Origin: Candidatus Tepidifontimicrobium thermophilum
Lineage (GTDB): Bacteria > Sysuimicrobiota > Sysuimicrobiia > Sysuimicrobiales > Sysuimicrobiaceae
DNA: 64,000 nucleotides
Direction of reading: 5' to 3'
Assembly (NCBI GenBank): GCA_031459915.1
Contig: JAVKHO010000009.1
Span: forward strand, 49,733-113,732
This document shows, piece by piece, positions 37,002-46,396 of the stretch (position 1 is the stretch's first letter; every line of letters begins with the position of its first letter). The notes beneath the pieces are model-generated. The model searched no databases and was not told the origin of the DNA. It saw nothing but the letters and a program-made list of their open reading frames with translations. Both the position numbers and the translations under genes were made by a program.

Positions 37002-39652
37002 TGCGGTTCTCGTGGCCGTGGGCACTGGTGCTGCTGGTGCTGCTGCCGTGGGTGTGGCGCCGCGGGGTCCGGGAAGTCCGCCACCTGGCCGCGCTGCGGG
37101 CGGCCAGCCTGGCCCTGGCGGTGCTGGCCCTGGCCGGCATGCAGGTGCTTGAGCGCGGGGCGCCGGTGCAGGTGGTGTTCGCCCTAGACCGGTCCGACAG
37201 CGTGCTGCCGGAGCAGGTCCGGTGGGCGGAGCAGTTCCTGCGCGAGGCCCTGCGGTACCGCCGTCCCCAGGACCGCGTGGGGCTTGTGACTTTCGGCGGA
37301 GCCGCGGTGGCGGAGCGGGCGCCGTCGGAGGCCGTGGACCTGCGGCCCACCCAGAGGCCCAGGCCGTACGACACCGACATCGGTGCGGCCATCCGCGTGA
37401 GCGCGTCGCTATTGCAGGGGGAAGGCGTCCGGCGCGTGGTGGTGCTCAGCGACGGCGCCGACCACGCGGGCGAGGCGGTGGAAGCCGCGCGGGAGGTCCA
37501 CGCCGCGGGCGTGGAGGTCCACGTGGTCCCCCTGCTCCGCCCGGCCTCTGCAGAGCTGGTGGTGGAGGATCTCTCAGTGCCTGCAGACGCCGCCGTGGGC
37601 GAGCGGGTGCCGGCCTGGGTCCGTCTGCGTTCCACCGTCCCGCAGCCCGTGGAGCTGGAGCTGTGGGTGGACGGGGCCCTGGCCCAACGTCGGACGGTGC
37701 GCGCGCGCGCCGGCAGGACCCTGGTGGGCTTGTCCGCGGTGGCCGCCCGCGCAGGGTGGCTCGACCTGCAGGTACGCGCACGCCCGGCACGGGACGGTGT
37801 CCCGGACAACAACGTGGGACGGGCGGTGATATCCGTCCTGGGCCCTCCGGAGGTCCTGTACGCGGGAGCGGGGCGGGTGGCGGACGTGCTACGGGCCCAG
37901 GGGTTCGTGGTCCACCGAGTGGCGGCGCGTCAACTGCCGGGCACCGCGGCGGGCCTGGCGCGGTACCAGGCGGTGGTGCTGGAGGACCTCCCCGCGTTGG
38001 GGCTCGCGCGGCCGCAGATGGAGGCGCTGCGCGACTACGTGCGGGACCTGGGTGGAGGGCTGGTGGTGGTGGGAGGTCCCCGCAGCTTCGGCGTGGGTGG
38101 CTACGCCCGCACGCCCCTGGAAGAGGCGCTGCCCGTCTCCATGGAGGTGCAGCACCGCGTGGCGCTGCCCAGCATGGCCTTGGTGCTGGTCCTGGACACC
38201 TCCGGGAGCATGGGCGGGGTGGGGACGGAGACCGCCAAGGTGGAGCTGGCCAAGGAGGTGGCGCGTTCCGTGGTGGATCTGTTGGGCGACCGTGACCTGG
38301 TGGGCGTCATCCAGTTTGACCAGGCCTACCGGTGGCTGGTGCCCTTGGTGCCCGCCCGGGACCGAGATCGCATCGTGGCGCAGGTGGCAGGCCTGCGGGC
38401 TGGCGGCGGGACCGACCTGCTTCCCGCCCTGCGGGCCGCGTACGAGGCGCTCCGGACCGTGGAGGCCCAGGTCCGGCACGTGATCGTACTGTCCGACGGC
38501 CAGACGGACCCGGGTGACTTCGAGGGGTGGGTGCGGAGGATGCGATCCGAACGCATCACCGTGAGCACGGTGTCCGTGGGCAAGGACGCGGACCTGGCCT
38601 TCATGCGGGCTCTCAGCAGCTGGGGGGGCGGGCGGCACTACGTGGCCCGGGACACCTACGCGCTCCCCCAGATCTTCGTGACGGAGGCGCTGCTGTCCGC
38701 GCGTTCCTACCTTGTGGAGGAACGGTTCGTCCCGCAGCGGCGGCCCGGCGAGCTCCTCCAGGGCCTCGGCCCCCTCCCTGCCCTGCGTGGGTACGTGGCC
38801 ACCAGCACCAAGCCCGCCGCGCAGGCGGAACTCGTCTCCCCCCACAAGGACCCCATCCTGGCCAGCTGGCGTTACGGGCTTGGCCGCGCGGTGGCGTTCA
38901 CCTCGGACGCGGTCCCCCGCTGGTCCGTGGAGTGGCAGTCGTGGCCCTCCTTCGCGCGGTTCTGGTCCCAGGTGGTGCGCTGGGCGGCACGCCTGGATCG
39001 CGGCCGGCTGGACGTACGGACGGAGCTCCGGGGTGCACGCCTGCGGATCCGGTTGGACGCCCGCGACGAGGCGGGCGATTACCTGGACGGGCTGCAGGTG
39101 GAGGGGACGGTGGCAGGCCCCCGGTCCTCCCAGCGGGTGGAGCTACGGCAGACCCGGCCCGGCTGGTACGAGGCAGAGGCGGAGCTGCCCGACGCGGGCG
39201 TGCACACCGTGGCGGTCACCGCGTGGCAGGGCCTGCAGGTATTAGGCCGCGCCCGTGTACCCGTGGCGGTGGCCTACCCGCACGAGCTGCGCGACCCGCA
39301 GCCGGACCCCGCGCTTCTGGCCCGCGTGGCCGAAGCCGGGGGCGGCCGGGTGCTGCGCACCCCGCGGGAAGCCATGAGCCCACCTCCGGATGCCCGTCAC
39401 CACCGGGACGCGTGGCCTGCCCTGGCCACGGCGAGCGTGGTGCTGTTCCTCCTGGAGCTGGTGGCCCGGCGCGTGCCCGCGGTGGCCAGCCTGGTGGCCG
39501 CGGCGGCAGAGGGCGGCCGCGGGTCCGCGCCCGCGGACGCGTGGTACGCAGAGGCAGACCGGTGGCGGCCCCTGGCAGGCCCGCCCCCGGACGCGGACAC
39601 CGAGCAGCGGGCCCGGCTGTACGTGGCCCGCCTCAAGCGCGGCGGCTCCTAG
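37001..39652 (+). CDS. Large membrane protein with two vWA domains and a GATase1-like domain
   Basis: MIDAS motifs DRSDS and DTSGS; L.DYVRDLGGGLVVVGGPRSFG; W.YGLGRAVAFTSD. Confidence 0.88.
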   Translation: MRFSWPWALVLLVLLPWVWRRGVREVRHLAALRAASLALAVLALAGMQVLERGAPVQVVFALDRSDSVLPEQVRWAEQFLREALRYRRPQDRVGLVTFGGAAVAERAPSEAVDLRPTQRPRPYDTDIGAAIRVSASLLQGEGVRRVVVLSDGADHAGEAVEAAREVHAAGVEVHVVPLLRPASAELVVEDLSVPADAAVGERVPAWVRLRSTVPQPVELELWVDGALAQRRTVRARAGRTLVGLSAVAARAGWLDLQVRARPARDGVPDNNVGRAVISVLGPPEVLYAGAGRVADVLRAQGFVVHRVAARQLPGTAAGLARYQAVVLEDLPALGLARPQMEALRDYVRDLGGGLVVVGGPRSFGVGGYARTPLEEALPVSMEVQHRVALPSMALVLVLDTSGSMGGVGTETAKVELAKEVARSVVDLLGDRDLVGVIQFDQAYRWLVPLVPARDRDRIVAQVAGLRAGGGTDLLPALRAAYEALRTVEAQVRHVIVLSDGQTDPGDFEGWVRRMRSERITVSTVSVGKDADLAFMRALSSWGGGRHYVARDTYALPQIFVTEALLSARSYLVEERFVPQRRPGELLQGLGPLPALRGYVATSTKPAAQAELVSPHKDPILASWRYGLGRAVAFTSDAVPRWSVEWQSWPSFARFWSQVVRWAARLDRGRLDVRTELRGARLRIRLDARDEAGDYLDGLQVEGTVAGPRSSQRVELRQTRPGWYEAEAELPDAGVHTVAVTAWQGLQVLGRARVPVAVAYPHELRDPQPDPALLARVAEAGGGRVLRTPREAMSPPPDARHHRDAWPALATASVVLFLLELVARRVPAVASLVAAAAEGGRGSAPADAWYAEADRWRPLAGPPPDADTEQRARLYVARLKRGGS

Positions 39653-39726
39653 CCGCGCCGCAAGGGCTGCGCGGGGCGGACGTCGAACTTCCTCCGCCCG
39701 TGGGACGTGCAGCGGGAGGCCAGACG

Positions 39727-40527
39727 GTGCAGGCAGACGTGGGCGTGTTCGGCGGTTCCGGTTTCTACCGGTTGCTGGACGACGTGGAGGAGCACAAGGT
39801 GGAGACCCCCTACGGGCCGCCCAGCGACGTGGTGACCATCGGCCGCGTGGGCTCCAAGCGCGTGGCGTTCCTGCCGCGCCACGGCCGGACCCACGCCCTC
39901 CCGCCCCATCGGATCAACTACCGGGCCAACGTGTGGGCCATGAAGCAGCTGGGCGTGCGGTGGCTGTTCGGGCCCTGCGCGGTGGGCAGCCTGCAGCCCC
40001 ACGTGCGGCCCGGCGACTTCGTGCTGTGCGACCAGTTCGTGGACCGCACCTCCGGCCGCGCGGACACCTTCTACGACGGTCCCGTGACCACCCACGTGAG
40101 CTCCGCGGACCCCTACTGCCCGACCCTGCGGCAGCTGGTGGCGCAGGTGGCGCGGGAACAGGGGCTCCCCCTGCACGAGCGGGGGACGGTGGTGGTGATC
40201 CAGGGCCCGCGCTTTTCCACCCGCGCGGAGAGCCGGTGGTTCCGCTCCCAGGGGTGGGAGGTCATCAACATGACCCAGTACCCCGAGGCGCACCTGGCGC
40301 GGGAGCTCGCCCTGTGCTACGTGAACATCTCCCTGGTCACGGACTACGACGTGGGCGTGGAAGGCGATCCCACCGCGACACCGGTGACCGCAGAGGAGGT
40401 GATGCGGCAGTTCGCGGCCAACAACGCCAAGCTGCGGGACCTCATCCTGGAGAGCATCGCGCGGCTGCCGGAGACCAACACCTGTCCTTTGTGCCCGCGG
40501 GCCCTGGACCACGCCCGGGTGGGCTAG
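39727..40527 (+). CDS. mtnP: S-methyl-5'-thioadenosine phosphorylase
   Basis: GVFGGSG, TPYG.PS, LPRHG, GPRFSTRAES, NMT..PE, VTDYD. Confidence 0.94.
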   Translation: MQADVGVFGGSGFYRLLDDVEEHKVETPYGPPSDVVTIGRVGSKRVAFLPRHGRTHALPPHRINYRANVWAMKQLGVRWLFGPCAVGSLQPHVRPGDFVLCDQFVDRTSGRADTFYDGPVTTHVSSADPYCPTLRQLVAQVAREQGLPLHERGTVVVIQGPRFSTRAESRWFRSQGWEVINMTQYPEAHLARELALCYVNISLVTDYDVGVEGDPTATPVTAEEVMRQFAANNAKLRDLILESIARLPETNTCPLCPRALDHARVG

Positions 40528-40588
40528 CGGGGGCAGGTCGGTGAGGGTCTGGCTGAGGCGGACCACACACTTCCGACGAGGTGCGGGG

Positions 40589-40879
40589 ATGGACCAGACG
40601 GCGAGAGGGACTGATGCCCCCGGGCGCGTCCTGGGACTGGCGGTGTTCGTGCTGGGAGTGGTGCTGTTGCTGTTCGTCTTCTACGTGGCGTACACGGAGC
40701 TCACCGGCAACAGCCTGAGCCAGGTGGCGCGGCCGTCGCAGGGGGGGCCGGACATGGGGCTGGCCCTGGCCCTGGTCCTGAAGGCCATCTTCCTGTTCCT
40801 GCTCGGCTACCTGGCCTCGGGGATCGCAGGGAGGGGGATCGGCCTGTACCAGGCCTCGCGGAGCGAACCCGCGGAGTGA
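40589..40879 (+). CDS. Small hypothetical membrane protein (2 TM)
   Basis: Two hydrophobic helices, GC3-biased codons, operon position. Confidence 0.65.
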   Translation: MDQTARGTDAPGRVLGLAVFVLGVVLLLFVFYVAYTELTGNSLSQVARPSQGGPDMGLALALVLKAIFLFLLGYLASGIAGRGIGLYQASRSEPAE

Positions 40880-40883
40880 GGCC

Positions 40884-41909
<1,026 letters not shown>

Positions 41910-41920
41910 GGCCGGGGGGA

Positions 41921-41936
41921 CGGAAAAATTTTTCCG
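41921..41936. promoter_or_regulatory. Perfect 16-bp AT-rich palindrome (operator or UP element)
   Basis: CGGAAAAATTTTTCCG in a GC-rich background, upstream of the small basic ORF. Confidence 0.55.
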
Positions 41937-42006
41937 GGGGCCAGCAGGAGTTCGGGGCGAATGCGCGTAAGGGTACCTCAAACCACAGGAAAGGAGGTAC
42001 CGAGCC

Positions 42007-42096
42007 ATGGCGGCGAAGAAGGCGGCCAAGAAGGCCACCGCCAAGAAGACCTCCGCCAAGAAGACGGCGAAGAAGGCCGCCCGCAAGAAGCGGTAG
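42007..42096 (+). CDS. 29-aa Lys/Ala-rich histone H1-like microprotein MAAKKAAKKATAKKTSAKKTAKKAARKKR
   Basis: SD AAGGAGGT 41991-41998, 8 nt from the ATG; every sense codon ends in G/C; followed by a terminator; too short for the ORF track. Confidence 0.85.
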   Translation: MAAKKAAKKATAKKTSAKKTAKKAARKKR

Positions 42097-42117
42097 ACGC
42101 GGGCGGTACTCGAGGTC

Positions 42118-42154
42118 TCGGGGGTGCCGGCGAGCCGGCACCCCCGACGTTTTT
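42118..42154 (+). terminator. Intrinsic terminator
   Basis: 13-bp stem TCGGGGGTGCCGG-CGAG-CCGGCACCCCCGA followed by CGTTTTT. Confidence 0.85.
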
Positions 42155-42161
42155 CACCTTT

Positions 42162-43565
42162 CTAGAACCGGTACTGCACGCCCAGCCCGTACGAGGGAGA
42201 CTGCAGGACGTCCCGCACGTGCACCCCCACGGCCCAGTGGGGGGTCCACGCGTAGTGCCCCGACACGTCGAGGGTCAGTCGGTTCAGGTTGTACAGGTCC
42301 AGGGAGAGCCGCCACGGCGCCGCCGGCTGGTAGTCCAGCCCCACACCCACCTGGGACTGCAGGATACCTACTCGCCAGCTCAGGTTGTCGGACAGCCGGA
42401 AGCCCACCTGCAGGTTGAGCCAGTTCCCGCCGCCCACGTCGTGCAGCCCGAGCCGGTAGAAGCGCGGCTCGCCCAGGGCCACCCACAGGTCGAGGTCATG
42501 CCGGAAACGGATGCGGGTGTCGTAGCCCAGCTCGTAAGTCAGCTGCAGGTTCGGCAGGAGGGGAATGCCCTCGGGGCCCCGCAGCACGCCGCCGATGCGT
42601 TCCAACGCGGGGGCAGCCCGCTCTGCCACCTCGCCCACCCGGCGGGCCGCGGTGCCGACTTCCCGCGCCGCGTCCTCCGCCTGCCGGACCGCGCGGCGGG
42701 CGTCCTGCACCAGTCCCCGCACCTCCCGCATCTGGTCCTCCCGCACGAGGCCCTCCTGCAGGGTACGGGCCATCTCGTCCAGACGGCGCGCCAGGCTCTC
42801 CACGGACGCCGCGGTGCGCTGGATCCTGGCGCTCAGCTCCCCCTCCGCCGCGGTGTCCTCCACGAAACGCCGGACCTCCCGCGCGGTGTCCCGCAGGTGC
42901 TCCGCGAGCTCGCGGAGCCGCCGGGCCGTGATCCGCACGTCCTCGCCCGCGTCCGTGACCACGCGGTCCACCTGCGCTGCGGCTGCCTCCACGTGCCCTG
43001 CGGCGCGCACCAGGCTGCCCGCCAGCCGCGGGTCCGTCACCACCTCACGCACCGCCGTCACGGTGGCGTCCAGGTTGTCCACCAGCCGCTGGGCGGCCTG
43101 CACCGTACGCCGCACGTCCGCCACCGCCTGCCGGAGGTCACCGGCCAGCTCGTCCACCCGCCGGAACACCACGTCCACGGAGTAAGGCGGCTGCCCCTCC
43201 ACCACTTCTCCGGGAGTCAGCGCGTCCGGCCCCGGCCCCGGTACCACCGCCAGGAACCGGTTCCCGAGCAGCGTGCTGCTGGCCACGCGGAACGTGGATC
43301 CCCGGGGCACCCGCACTTCAGGCCGGATCCGTACCCGCACCTCCGCGCGGTGGTCGTCCGTGAGGCGCAATGACTCCACGGTCCCGACCTGCACGCCCGC
43401 CAGGTGCACCGCGCTGCCCGGACTCAAGCCCTCCGCGTCCGGGAACACCACCCGCAGCTCGTACCCGCGGGGCCGGACGAGCCCCTGACCGAGGAAGACC
43501 ACGAGGATGGCGAACAGCACCGCGGCGATCAGGACGACCAGGCCCACCCGCGCCTCAGGCTTCAC
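42162..43565 (-). CDS. mlaD: Long MlaD/MCE protein with helical stalk and C-terminal beta-barrel-like domain
   Basis: N-terminal TM (EARVGLVV), MCE motif FPDAEGL.PG..V..AGVQVG.V, LLGNRFL; ends YGLGVQYRF; SD GGAGGAGG. Confidence 0.88.
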   Translation of the reverse strand: MKPEARVGLVVLIAAVLFAILVVFLGQGLVRPRGYELRVVFPDAEGLSPGSAVHLAGVQVGTVESLRLTDDHRAEVRVRIRPEVRVPRGSTFRVASSTLLGNRFLAVVPGPGPDALTPGEVVEGQPPYSVDVVFRRVDELAGDLRQAVADVRRTVQAAQRLVDNLDATVTAVREVVTDPRLAGSLVRAAGHVEAAAAQVDRVVTDAGEDVRITARRLRELAEHLRDTAREVRRFVEDTAAEGELSARIQRTAASVESLARRLDEMARTLQEGLVREDQMREVRGLVQDARRAVRQAEDAAREVGTAARRVGEVAERAAPALERIGGVLRGPEGIPLLPNLQLTYELGYDTRIRFRHDLDLWVALGEPRFYRLGLHDVGGGNWLNLQVGFRLSDNLSWRVGILQSQVGVGLDYQPAAPWRLSLDLYNLNRLTLDVSGHYAWTPHWAVGVHVRDVLQSPSYGLGVQYRF

Positions 43566-44331
43566 GGATCGCCTCCTCCACAATGCCCCCGAGTGCCGAG
43601 CTGCGCAGGAACGCCTGCACGAGGGGGTGAGGGCTCGCGCGGACCTCCTCCCGGGTTCCCGTCACCACGAAGCGGCCCGCTTCCATGACCGCCACGCGGT
43701 CCGCCACCGCGAAGGCGGTCAGCAGGTCGTGGGTCACCAGCACGGTGGTAGTTCGGGTCCTGGCCCGTACCTCCATCATCAGCCGATCCACCGCGCGGGC
43801 GGTCACGGGGTCCAGGCCCGCGGTGGGCTCGTCGTACAGCACGATCTTGGGATCCAGCGCCAGCGCCCGGGCGATCCCCACCCGCTTGCGCATCCCGCCG
43901 CTGAGCTCCGCGGGCATCCTGTGCTCCGTGCCCCCCATGCCCACCAGGTTCAGCTTCTCCGCCACGATCTCCTGGAGGCGCGATTCCGACAGCCGCCGGT
44001 GGCGCCGCAGGGGGAAGGCCACGTTCTCCCCCACCGTGAGGGAGTCGAACAGCGCTGCACCCTGGAACACCACGCCCACCTGAGAGCGCACCTCCCGCAG
44101 CCGGTGGGGCGGCAGCCGGTGGAGCGCTTCCCCGTCCAGCCGGACCTCGCCCCGGTCCGGGACCAGCAACCCCACCAGGTGGCGCAGCAGGACCGTCTTG
44201 CCGCACCCGCTGGGCCCCAGGATGGCCACGGCCTCGCCCGGCTGCACCCGCAGGGAGACGCCCCGCAGGACGGGCTGGCCGCCGAGCGCCTTGTGCAGGT
44301 CCACCACCTCCACGCGGCCCGACAGCTCCAT
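43555..44331 (-). CDS. mlaF: MlaF/Mkl ABC ATPase
   Basis: GPSGCGKT, FQGAALFDSLTV.ENV, PAELSGGMRKRV, YDEPTAGLDP. Confidence 0.93.
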   Translation of the reverse strand: MELSGRVEVVDLHKALGGQPVLRGVSLRVQPGEAVAILGPSGCGKTVLLRHLVGLLVPDRGEVRLDGEALHRLPPHRLREVRSQVGVVFQGAALFDSLTVGENVAFPLRRHRRLSESRLQEIVAEKLNLVGMGGTEHRMPAELSGGMRKRVGIARALALDPKIVLYDEPTAGLDPVTARAVDRLMMEVRARTRTTTVLVTHDLLTAFAVADRVAVMEAGRFVVTGTREEVRASPHPLVQAFLRSSALGGIVEEAIREA

Positions 44332-45104
44332 CAGAACAGCAGCACGTCCAGGAAGTAGTTGGCCGCCAACACCCACGCGATGGCCGCCACCACCGCCCCG
44401 GTGGTCGCCTGACCCACGCCCGCGGCCCCGCCGGAGGCCCGCAGCCCCTTGTGGCAGGCTACCAGCGCGATCACGAGCCCGAACACCGCGGACTTCACCA
44501 GCCCGCCCACCACGTCGTGCAGGTCCAGGAACTGCCGGACGGACTCGAGGTACACCGAGCCCGGAACCCCCACCACAACACTCACCGCATAGCCGCCCAG
44601 GGAGCCCACCGCATTGGCCAGGACGACCAGCACCGGCAGCATGACTACCAGCGCCACAGCACGGGGAACCACCAGGTACTCCAGGGGGTCGGTGCCCATC
44701 ACCGTGAGGGCGTCCACCTGCTCGGTGACCACCATGGTCCCCAGCTCCGCGGCGAACCCCGCGCCCACCCGGCCTGCCACGGTGACCGCGGCGAACACCG
44801 GGGCCGCCTCGCGCGCCATGGACACGGCGATCAGCCCGCCCACGAAACCCTCGCCCCCCAGACGCAGGAGCTGGCTGGCGGTCTGATACGCCAGCACCAT
44901 GCCCGAGAACAGGCCGGTCAGCAAAACGAGAGGCACCGAGTCCACACCCGCCCGGGCCATCTGCAGGACCGTCTGGCCGCCTTCCCACCGCAGGCGCACG
45001 AGGCCTGCAGCCACCCGCGCCACGAAGCGCGCGGCCGCCCCCACCTCCTCCAGGCGCCGCAGGGTCGCCTGTCCTAGCTTCTCCAGGGTCGCGTTGACGG
45101 CCAT
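44331..45104 (-). CDS. mlaE: MlaE ABC permease
   Basis: RE.APV, AGRVG...AAELGTM.VTEQVDAL..MG.DP, GVGQATT.AVV. Confidence 0.94.
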   Translation of the reverse strand: MAVNATLEKLGQATLRRLEEVGAAARFVARVAAGLVRLRWEGGQTVLQMARAGVDSVPLVLLTGLFSGMVLAYQTASQLLRLGGEGFVGGLIAVSMAREAAPVFAAVTVAGRVGAGFAAELGTMVVTEQVDALTVMGTDPLEYLVVPRAVALVVMLPVLVVLANAVGSLGGYAVSVVVGVPGSVYLESVRQFLDLHDVVGGLVKSAVFGLVIALVACHKGLRASGGAAGVGQATTGAVVAAIAWVLAANYFLDVLLF

Positions 45105-45122
45105 CCCCCACCGTGCTATGGT
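45094..45122 (+). promoter_or_regulatory. Sigma70 promoter of infC-rpmI-rplT
   Basis: TTGACG-17 nt-TATGGT with TG extension. Confidence 0.75.
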
Positions 45123-45132
45123 GACACCGCCG

Positions 45133-45232
45133 AAGCAGAAGCGCCACGCTTCTCACCCGGCGGCCTCGGCCAGCCGGGTCCGACCGGTCGACAGGTGCGG
45201 GCGTGGAGGCTTTCTGCGCCCGCTTTCATTTT
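45133..45232 (+). ncRNA. L20 ribosomal protein leader (Bacillota type) with attenuator terminator
   Basis: AAGCAGAAGCGCCACGCTTCTCACC 5' motif; hairpin 45197-45223 followed by TTTCATTTT. Confidence 0.75.
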
Positions 45233-45265
45233 CCTGGTGCCCGGGGGCACGAGGGAGGGGATAGC

Positions 45266-45778
45266 ATAGAGCGCGAGCCGAGGGTGAACGAGCGCATCCG
45301 CATCCGCGAGGTGCGGTTGATCGGACCGAACGGGGAGCAGCTGGGGATCGTGCCCGTCCAGGAAGCCCTGAGGCGGGCCCGGGAGATGGGGCTGGATCTG
45401 GTGGAGGTGGCACCGACCGCTTCGCCGCCCGTGGCGAAGATCATGGACTACGGGCGGTACAAGTACGAGCAGAGCAAGCGGGACCGGGAGGCCCACCGCA
45501 AGCAGCGGGCCTCCGAGGTGAAGCGGATGCGCATGACCCCCAAGATCGGCGACCACGACTTCCAGACCAAGGCGAAGCTCATCTACTCCTTCCTGCAGGA
45601 GGGGCACAAGGTGAAGGTGGAGATGTGGTTCCGGGGCCGGGAGATGGTTCACCCGGAGCTGGGGCGTCAGATCCTGGACCGGCTCGCGGAGTACGTGTCG
45701 GAGATCGCGCACGTGGAGCGGCCCCCCGCCATGGAGGGCCGGAACATGGTCATGGTCTTGAGCCCTGCCCGCCGGTAG
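45266..45778 (+). CDS. infC: Translation initiation factor IF-3, non-canonical ATA start
   Basis: NERIR..EVRLIG, DLVEVAP, IMDYG.YKYE, FRGRE; GGAGG 45254-58 then in-frame ATA 7 nt later. Confidence 0.95.
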   Translation: MEREPRVNERIRIREVRLIGPNGEQLGIVPVQEALRRAREMGLDLVEVAPTASPPVAKIMDYGRYKYEQSKRDREAHRKQRASEVKRMRMTPKIGDHDFQTKAKLIYSFLQEGHKVKVEMWFRGREMVHPELGRQILDRLAEYVSEIAHVERPPAMEGRNMVMVLSPARR

Positions 45779-45799
45779 GGCGTAAGGAGGGAGCCACCG

Positions 45800-45997
45800 A
45801 TGCCGAAAGCCAAGACGCACCAGGGGACGCGCAAGCGCATCCGGATCACCGGGACCGGTAAGCTCCTGCGGGGCCGTCAGGGCGGCGGTCACCTGAAGCA
45901 GAAGAAGAGCCCGCGTCGGCGGCGGGACCTGGGCCGGCAGGTGCCGGTCTCCCCGGTGGACACCGACCGGGTGCGCCGCCTGTTGCCGTACGACTGA
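45800..45997 (+). CDS. rpmI: 50S ribosomal protein L35
   Basis: MPKAKTH.GT.KR...TGTGK; strong SD. Confidence 0.96.
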   Translation: MPKAKTHQGTRKRIRITGTGKLLRGRQGGGHLKQKKSPRRRRDLGRQVPVSPVDTDRVRRLLPYD

Positions 45998-46014
45998 GGG
46001 CTGGAGGTTGCACT

Positions 46015-46368
46015 ATGGCAAGGGTCAAGCGCGGCAAAACCGTCCGCGCCCGTCACAAGAAGGTCCTCAAGCTCGCGAAGGGCTTCTGGGGGAAGAAGAG
46101 CCGGTGGTTCAAGCTGGCCAACCAGTACGTGATCCGCGCCCTGGCGGCCGCGTACCGCCACCGCCGCCAGCGCAAGCGGGACTTCCGGCGCCTGTGGATC
46201 GCCCGCATCAACGCCGCGGCCCGCCAGCACGGGCTTTCGTACAGCCGGCTGATCCACGCCCTGCGGGCCAACGGGGTCGCCATCAACCGCAAGATCCTGG
46301 CGGACCTGGCCGTGCGGGACCGGGAGGCCTTCGCGGAGATCGTCCGGCGGGTGACGGGCCGGCCCTGA
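46015..46368 (+). CDS. rplT: 50S ribosomal protein L20
   Basis: [33 protein letters not shown]. Confidence 0.98.
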   Translation: MARVKRGKTVRARHKKVLKLAKGFWGKKSRWFKLANQYVIRALAAAYRHRRQRKRDFRRLWIARINAAARQHGLSYSRLIHALRANGVAINRKILADLAVRDREAFAEIVRRVTGRP

Positions 46369-46396
46369 AACCTTCCACCGCAGCGGGAGGACCGCC

